Shown here: positions 37,667 to 43,956 of the stretch, piece after piece
How the letters are laid out: each line of letters opens with the position of its first letter
Position numbering within the stretch: position 1 is the stretch's first letter
Source of the DNA: Fibrobacterales bacterium
GTDB taxonomy: Bacteria > Fibrobacterota > Fibrobacteria > Fibrobacterales > JAOPTW01
Assembly (NCBI GenBank): GCA_051532035.1
Contig: JAOPTW010000017.1
Coordinates: 1-43,956, forward strand
Length of the DNA: 43,956 bases
Direction of reading: 5' to 3'
Notes under the pieces: generated by a model
What the model was told of the DNA's origin: nothing
What the model saw: only the letters and a program-made list of their open reading frames with translations
Database searches by the model: none
Translations under genes and position numbers: made by a program

Positions 37667-40378
37667 TTAATGAATCAATGAATACATAAACCGAATCACC
37701 TGAGTACTCATCGCCATTGATTCAGGTATTGAAAAACTGCCGTGTTTAATAATTTCGGAATAGAGTTCTTGCCCATACACAGAGTAGAGCGATACCTTAA
37801 CAGCCCCTTCAGGAACTTTTATGGAGGGGTCTTTACTATTCACAAGCATCCAACTGCTTTTAACACCAGTATCAATGCTATACTCTTTTATTGGAGAGAC
37901 GCCTTTTGAACTACTGCCATTTTGAGCAGACCATTGGGATGATGACAGACCATCAGTAGAACTCAGAGCAGAACTCAGCATTTGTGTATCAAAGGATATA
38001 CTCAGCTCATCTTCACTTGATGAGAGCCCTTCTAAGCTATCGGTCAACTGATAAGAGGTATCAGCATTGATAAAGTATTTTCCCGGAGTAATCTCTGTTG
38101 CACGCCCTTTGCCAGGTATACGAATTTCTGCAGTCGTTCCACTAGGAATTTCAATGTCAAATTCAATAGCATCATTGACTCGGCGCCACTCAACAGCGAT
38201 GATACCCTGAATTGAGTTGTATGATACTTTTGCCCAATCTAACTCATCGGGTATATGAGGCTCTATAAGAATCTTTTGATACCCCGGAGCCGCGCTTTTA
38301 ATACCACCAATATTCTCAAACATCCATTGCCCCACTGCGCCATTAGCATAATGGTTGAATGAATTCATACTCGCATTGTGAAATCCGTTTTCTGATGTCC
38401 AGGCATCCCAGCGTTCCCATATACTCGTCGCGCCATTCTTTACTTCAAAAAGCCATGAGGGGTAGGTGTCAGTAAACAGTAACTCATAAGCGACGTCAAC
38501 ATGCCCTATTTTACTGAGTACATTCATGAGGTCTCGTGTTCCAATAAATCCTGTTGAAAGATGTCCTCCTTGTGTATAGATATCAGTGATAAGTCTCTCC
38601 TCAGCCTGTTGCTTCATCTCCCCCTCTACGAGATCGAACCACAATGCAAGTATATAGCAGGTCTGAGTATTACCGTAAATGACTCCACTCTCATCAACAT
38701 ACAGAACGTTAAATGCTGTTTTGAGGTCGTCATAGAGCGTATTAAACCGCGCTTCATCGTTCGTGTTACCGAGTAGAGCAGCAACTTGTGCCATAATCTT
38801 AGCATCACCAGCAGTATAGGCGGTAAATATCACTTCTGATGGTGTGTCAGCTAATATATTGAGCCAATCACCAAAACTTTGGAAATCCCATGGTCGAAAG
38901 GCATCATCCATTTTTGTTTCTCGGTAGTCCATGAACCGTTTCATACTCTCATACTGTTGTTTCAAGATACCAGTATCACCATATACTTCGTAGAGCGTCC
39001 ATGGAATAATGATACCCGCATCAGCCCATCCTGGGCCACCAGATCCAGCAGCTCCTTTTGCAGGTGCGACTTTAGGAAAGCCTCCATCAGGCAATTGGGC
39101 ATCCGTAAGATCGACTAACCATTTGTGAAAAAATGCTTGAACATCAGAATTATAACATGCGGTTCTAATAAATACTTGGGCATCACCAGTCCAACCAAGC
39201 CGTTCATCCCTCTGAGGGCAATCAGTGGGGACACTCATAAAATTTGCACGCTGACTTTGGGTTATATTGCGATACAACTGATTCAGACGTTCATCAGAAC
39301 ATTCAAAACGACCCGTTACGTTTAATTCAGAAGTTAATTCAATGCCTGTTATTGCCTCTGGGGTCGGTGTGCCGGGGTACCCAGTAATACTGACATATTG
39401 AAATCCATGATAGGTAAAAAGTGGGTGCCATTCTTCAACACCATCCCCTTTACAAATATAACGGTCTTGTGCGCGTGCACTCCGTAAGTTAGCCCTGAGA
39501 ATCGTTCCATCCTCAAGAAGGCGTTCTCCGTAAGACACCGTTATCATGCTACCTTCATCACATGTAGCTTTGAGGCGAGCAAACCCTGAAAAATTGGTCC
39601 CCAGATCAAATACAAAGGTTCCTGGTGTGGGCTCACTCACCGATAGTGGTGTAATCTCTTGAAATACACCTACGGGCTTAATAGGATTTGGCTCTATAAG
39701 TGCAGTTACCGACTCTGTAAGAGCAACATCATTCCATGCTGTTTCATCAAACCCTACCTTGTTCCAGCCCGGCATCTCTGCGCGAGCATCATATATTTCG
39801 CCATGCAATATATCTGCATTCACTATAGGGCCAATAGATGCTCGCCATGAATCATTGGTAACCACAGTATCAACTACCCCATTTTCATACTTAACAATCA
39901 ACGCTGCCTTGACTCTAATATCGGTACCATAATTATCCCGTACCCCGAGGTGCCCAATATGACCAGCATACCACCCATCCGCAATAATCGCCCCTGCCGC
40001 ATTGAGGCCTTGGCTAACCATATCAGTGACATCATAAGTATTGTAATAGACTCGTTTGGCATAATCGGTCCAACCGGATGTAAAATAGTCATTACCAACT
40101 CGACGACCGTTTAAATAAAGAACATACCACCCAAGAGAGGCTACCTTAAGTTCGGCCTTCTGAATCTTTTCTGCAAGAGTAAATTCCTTTCTTAGATATC
40201 GCGGTGCCGGGGTAACATGCCCTGTCCAATTTGTACCTCGATAAACCTCATCAAACCCAATCCATGAGCCCGTAAAATCTGCAGTACATACGGTACTTAT
40301 CAGCGCTATCAGAATTAAAACATACTGTAATTGAATCTGTTTTTTAATTACATTGAGGCGTTGTACCGTTGCTACCAT
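37667..40378 (-). CDS. GH78 alpha-L-rhamnosidase, secreted, with Ser-rich linker and C-terminal sorting-like domain
   Basis: PTDCPQRDERLGWTGDA, FTYHGFQY, GATSIWERW, MNSFNHY; start uncertain (40378 vs 40399). Confidence 0.93.
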   Translation of the reverse strand: MVATVQRLNVIKKQIQLQYVLILIALISTVCTADFTGSWIGFDEVYRGTNWTGHVTPAPRYLRKEFTLAEKIQKAELKVASLGWYVLYLNGRRVGNDYFTSGWTDYAKRVYYNTYDVTDMVSQGLNAAGAIIADGWYAGHIGHLGVRDNYGTDIRVKAALIVKYENGVVDTVVTNDSWRASIGPIVNADILHGEIYDARAEMPGWNKVGFDETAWNDVALTESVTALIEPNPIKPVGVFQEITPLSVSEPTPGTFVFDLGTNFSGFARLKATCDEGSMITVSYGERLLEDGTILRANLRSARAQDRYICKGDGVEEWHPLFTYHGFQYVSITGYPGTPTPEAITGIELTSELNVTGRFECSDERLNQLYRNITQSQRANFMSVPTDCPQRDERLGWTGDAQVFIRTACYNSDVQAFFHKWLVDLTDAQLPDGGFPKVAPAKGAAGSGGPGWADAGIIIPWTLYEVYGDTGILKQQYESMKRFMDYRETKMDDAFRPWDFQSFGDWLNILADTPSEVIFTAYTAGDAKIMAQVAALLGNTNDEARFNTLYDDLKTAFNVLYVDESGVIYGNTQTCYILALWFDLVEGEMKQQAEERLITDIYTQGGHLSTGFIGTRDLMNVLSKIGHVDVAYELLFTDTYPSWLFEVKNGATSIWERWDAWTSENGFHNASMNSFNHYANGAVGQWMFENIGGIKSAAPGYQKILIEPHIPDELDWAKVSYNSIQGIIAVEWRRVNDAIEFDIEIPSGTTAEIRIPGKGRATEITPGKYFINADTSYQLTDSLEGLSSSEDELSISFDTQMLSSALSSTDGLSSSQWSAQNGSSSKGVSPIKEYSIDTGVKSSWMLVNSKDPSIKVPEGAVKVSLYSVYGQELYSEIIKHGSFSIPESMAMSTQVIRFMYSLIH

Positions 40379-40632
40379 GCTCGTGTACCCCCCAGACAAA
40401 TTGACTTACTATTATACTGTATCATTCAGCTTAAGTGGTTGTATTTAGTATATATTAAAAGTAGGTACTTTTAAGTAAATAGCCTAGTATGCATTGTGTA
40501 CTCAAAACCTAAAAAACGATCACTGCACACAAAACAAAGACTATTGAGAAAGAGAAAAAAGCTGTACATTCATCTGATACACCGAATCGCTCTCTTGTGA
40601 TTGCTGTGCCAGCTTAAGGGTATCTCTTTATA

Positions 40633-41061
40633 TTATACCCGAGCCTTACGCTGATCAAGTAAAGAGTTCTTAATGAACATATACAGAGCATGGGGTAACA
40701 AGAAAAATGTCATTCCTGAGTTGGGTATCATATATACTCCTAGAAGTACAAACAATAAATACGAGACCGTGAAACTTAAAGGGAGCCACCCTTTCTCTTT
40801 GAGGAAGCTGTGTATCAATAGACCAATAGGAATCATGAGAATACCGAAATAGAAGAACCAAAATGCCGCAAAATGTTCGAAGTCCATATGGCCAGCAACC
40901 GCTGGAAACTCATCCATTCCTGGGCTCACATTAAAGTAACACTTCTGAGCAAAATCGCTCATCTGCTTGCCAAAGCCTTCAGATGAGTACGTAAGGTTAG
41001 TGTGAAACAGTCCGATCACCACAAGAATAATTCCACTGGTGCATTTTTTTAAATAGTCCAT
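40633..41061 (-). CDS. Small membrane protein (DUF6463-like)
   Basis: IGLFH, AAFWFFYFG..MIPIG, G...IP.SG; about four hydrophobic segments. Confidence 0.7.
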   Translation of the reverse strand: MDYLKKCTSGIILVVIGLFHTNLTYSSEGFGKQMSDFAQKCYFNVSPGMDEFPAVAGHMDFEHFAAFWFFYFGILMIPIGLLIHSFLKEKGWLPLSFTVSYLLFVLLGVYMIPNSGMTFFLLPHALYMFIKNSLLDQRKARV

Positions 41062-41198
41062 ATAAGTACCTATACTAAAGAGTCGTTCAAAAGTAAATAT
41101 TTTCTAGTACTACAGGAGCCTATCCGCTTTCTTAGATTTATTTTTTACAATACCTATTGATTGGGTACACGTCAAGAATGAGTATGGGTATAGGATAC

Positions 41199-41228
41199 AA
41201 AAAAAGCCGACCCTTCAAGGATCGGCTT
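41199..41228 (-). terminator. Intrinsic terminator of the CBM32 gene
   Basis: AAAAAAAGCCGA-CCCTTCAAGGA-TCGGCTT. Confidence 0.8.
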
Positions 41229-41256
41229 ATACTCTACTCGTAATAATTAAATACTA

Positions 41257-41964
41257 TTATGGCTGAAGCGAACTAGAATTTGCAAATTCTATCCAACCAT
41301 AATTAGCATTATCCATAGTTGGGTTGTAGTACATTAGGCAAACATATGCAGCTGTTCTTGCATCATAGTGACCCATTCTGTACACGACCATTTGTCCAAC
41401 GTTGTTTGAAGCACACTCAGGTATTGGATCACCAGCCCAGTCCCAGTAATATTGGAACGTAAGTGATTTTACTGTTTCATGACGCTCTACAGGGTCAGCA
41501 CTAAATACTTGTACTTCATACAAAGAGATTCCATGTGCTCCTTCTTTGTCCCACATTTTAATCTGTACATATTGGTATTCACCAAAATCAGCATCTAAGA
41601 TAATTGAACCACCGGCGTACTCCCAATAAGAGGCAAGCTTTTCTTCAAAGTTAGTACCGTCATTTGACACAAGAACCTGAAAAGAATGCGCATATGCCGC
41701 TTCAAATTCAAGTACAACACGATCAATCTGCTGTGCACTCTCTAGATCAACAGTGATTGATTGAACGTTATTCGAAAAATCAGAAGCCCAACGAGTCTCC
41801 ATATTACCGTCAAATGCTTGTGACGCCTCAAAGCCTACACCTTCAATAGTAGAAGCGGTAGCAGGTTTTGCCCAAGAAATATTTGTGTATGATTGTGCAG
41901 CTACAAATGATGTTAACAGCAGCGCAGACAACGTTGTCGTTTTTAATATTTTTGAAATACTCAT
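41257..41964 (-). CDS. Secreted F5/8 type C (discoidin/CBM32) domain protein with an aromatic-rich C-terminal module
   Basis: Signal peptide; KPATAST, AFDGN..TRWAS, ITVDL, ISLYEVQVF; AGGAG SD. Confidence 0.88.
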   Translation of the reverse strand: MSISKILKTTTLSALLLTSFVAAQSYTNISWAKPATASTIEGVGFEASQAFDGNMETRWASDFSNNVQSITVDLESAQQIDRVVLEFEAAYAHSFQVLVSNDGTNFEEKLASYWEYAGGSIILDADFGEYQYVQIKMWDKEGAHGISLYEVQVFSADPVERHETVKSLTFQYYWDWAGDPIPECASNNVGQMVVYRMGHYDARTAAYVCLMYYNPTMDNANYGWIEFANSSSLQP

Positions 41965-42196
41965 TAAGTATTCTCCTATGTATGTATTTATGTGTTTGTT
42001 TGTCCCATCACTCTGTGAGCGATGAAGAAAAAATACTTAAGAAAATACTTATTCAGTACGACCTTCTATATTAGGCCCCGATAAGCGTACTCAAAGCGTA
42101 CCAAAACGCTTACTCTAAACAAATGTTTACATGTGGAACAAAATATTTTGAACGCCTCTCTCAGGGCAAATCAAATTTTCATTTGTATAGCTTAGT

Positions 42197-43954
42197 TCAT
42201 CGCAGTACTTCTGTGATTTTTTTAAAAAGGTCTTTTGAAAATACAGGTTTTTGTAAAAAACCCAATGCCCCATTATCCACTATTTCTTTTGCACCTTCTG
42301 TTATGCTATACCCCGATAATAATAACACTTTAACATCAGGATCAATTTTTTTAAGAGCTTGATATGTTTCTTCTCCATTCATATCAGGCATAATCATATC
42401 TAAAAGAATGAGGTCTATATCTTGCCATGATTCCTCAAATATATGTATGGCCTCTTTACCACTGCCACAGGCAATTGCTTCATATCCTTCATCAATAAGT
42501 GTCATTTTCATTGACATAGCTAACATTTCCACATCGTCAACCACTAATATCTTCCTACCTTTCGTTGTTGGTTGTGCTATGGCACTATCACTTACCTCAT
42601 TCTTTGCTACAACAAATGGTAAGAATAGAGTTATAGTGGTACCTTCACCTACGGCACTATCAACTTCAATAACTCCATTGTGATTCATAATCGTTCCATA
42701 CACTGAAGCCATCCCCATACCTGTTCCTTTTCCGAGTTCTTTTGTCGTATAGAAAGGCTCAAACATGTGTTGTAGTGTTTCACTATCCATTCCCTCACCA
42801 GTATCTTTTACAATGACTCGTAGATACTCACCAGGTTTAATATCATGATTATTCATATGTATATACTCTTCATCAAGTGAAACTACATCTGTAGAAATTC
42901 TGAGCTCGCCACCATTAGGCATAGCATCACGGGAATTTAAGGCAATGTTGAGTATTGTATTTTGAAGTTGCGATGCATCCCCAGAAACAGTCATTGGATT
43001 GGAGTGTAAGTCATGGAGTATTTTAATTTTTTTATCAATACTATGTGTTAATATAGAGGTTACTTCAATTATTATTTCATTTACATTTACTATCGTAACA
43101 ACATATTTTCCTTTACGTGCAAACGCCAATAATTGTTTTGTGAGTTCCGCAGAATGTAATACTCCAGAAATGATATTTTTCATATATGAGTATTCTTTTG
43201 AATCCTTTTCCATACGTTTTTTGGCAAGCTCAGCAAAATTTAATATCCCCCCTAATTGATTATTAAAATCATGCGCTACTCCACCAGCTAATTGGCCAAT
43301 GGCCTGCATTTTCTCATTATGACGAAGTTGATTAGCCATATTATTATACTCTGTTATATCTCTTCCTGTACTCACAAACCCGGTAATAGTATTGGCTTCA
43401 TCCCTTTCTGCAAGAATAACCCATATCACCAAATGTTCTTGACCATCAACTCCAATTTGACGATTCTCTATTCTGAATTTGTCTTCTCCACTTTTTAACC
43501 ATGTATCAAAAGCATTAATAGTATCCTCACGGTCTTCTGGATGAATAAAGTCAAATGCCATTTTACCAATACACTCTTCTGGGGGAATTCCAAAAATTGT
43601 AATAGCTGAATGATTCACAAAAACAATTCTACCTTCAGAATCAACAATAGTGATAAGATCTGGAGTACTTTCAACGAGATCGTGATATTTCTTTTGACTT
43701 TTCATTAAAATTCTGTCAGTCTCTGCTTTTGAAAGTGTCGACCTCCTGATAAAAAGAAAGCCTAATATTAAACAAGCCGTACCAAAAAACCACAAGCTCC
43801 CGAACTCAACCCTGTGTTCAATTACTAGTTTTTCTAGGGCATCCGCATGAGGCTTCCAGGGCACAGATACACTCAAACCTCCACGAATATCCCCAACCTT
43901 ATACCCTTGACTTCCATGACATTTAAGGCACGACTTTTCAGTTATTAACGGGTC
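42197..43954 (-). CDS. Hybrid PAS-HisKA-HATPase-REC sensor kinase with periplasmic CxxCH heme c (DUF3365-like) domain; 5'-truncated by the window edge
   Basis: Frame stays open upstream of 43876 and reads DPLITEKSCLKCHGSQGYKVGDIRGGLSVSVP; AGGVAHDFNNQL; NSRDAMP.GG; FEPFYTTK..GKGTGMG; REC LLDMIMP. Confidence 0.9.
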   Translation of the reverse strand, partial: DPLITEKSCLKCHGSQGYKVGDIRGGLSVSVPWKPHADALEKLVIEHRVEFGSLWFFGTACLILGFLFIRRSTLSKAETDRILMKSQKKYHDLVESTPDLITIVDSEGRIVFVNHSAITIFGIPPEECIGKMAFDFIHPEDREDTINAFDTWLKSGEDKFRIENRQIGVDGQEHLVIWVILAERDEANTITGFVSTGRDITEYNNMANQLRHNEKMQAIGQLAGGVAHDFNNQLGGILNFAELAKKRMEKDSKEYSYMKNIISGVLHSAELTKQLLAFARKGKYVVTIVNVNEIIIEVTSILTHSIDKKIKILHDLHSNPMTVSGDASQLQNTILNIALNSRDAMPNGGELRISTDVVSLDEEYIHMNNHDIKPGEYLRVIVKDTGEGMDSETLQHMFEPFYTTKELGKGTGMGMASVYGTIMNHNGVIEVDSAVGEGTTITLFLPFVVAKNEVSDSAIAQPTTKGRKILVVDDVEMLAMSMKMTLIDEGYEAIACGSGKEAIHIFEESWQDIDLILLDMIMPDMNGEETYQALKKIDPDVKVLLLSGYSITEGAKEIVDNGALGFLQKPVFSKDLFKKITEVLR

Positions 43955-43956
43955 CA

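Noticed and set aside
468..43498. Numerous short antisense or out-of-frame ORFs nested in long genes
   Set aside because: Shadow ORFs of well-supported genes with no independent motifs

Overview
An AT-rich bacterial chromosomal window with about 29 protein-coding genes, two of them cut by the window edges. Ser-rich linkers, T9SS/Fibrobacter-style C-terminal tails, an AgmX/PglI-type C-terminal domain and a sigma54-driven flgB suggest a flagellated Fibrobacterota-like polysaccharide degrader (inference, not a database result). The content is a mosaic. Secreted or surface proteins include a signal-peptide AGE-family epimerase, an RCC1-repeat lipoprotein, two paralogous beta-propeller proteins with different C-terminal modules, a ~1635-aa IgGFc-binding-type adhesin, an unassigned six-hairpin glycosidase, a GH78 rhamnosidase, and CBM32 and SGNH proteins. 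Signalling genes include HPt, REC, two hybrid kinases and a degenerate HD-GYP protein. The rest are small enzymes. I saw no rRNA, tRNA, CRISPR array, transposase, integrase or reverse transcriptase. The most unusual signal is non-coding, in the 11179-12135 intergenic region. A minus-strand structured RNA candidate there has a uORF, alternative pairings, two hairpins exposing UUGUCCC and an intrinsic terminator. Its loop is complementary to GGGACA motifs in the 5' leaders of four secreted-protein genes in the window. A separate GC-rich multi-hairpin element lies next to it. All product calls come from motif recognition by eye; no searches were run.
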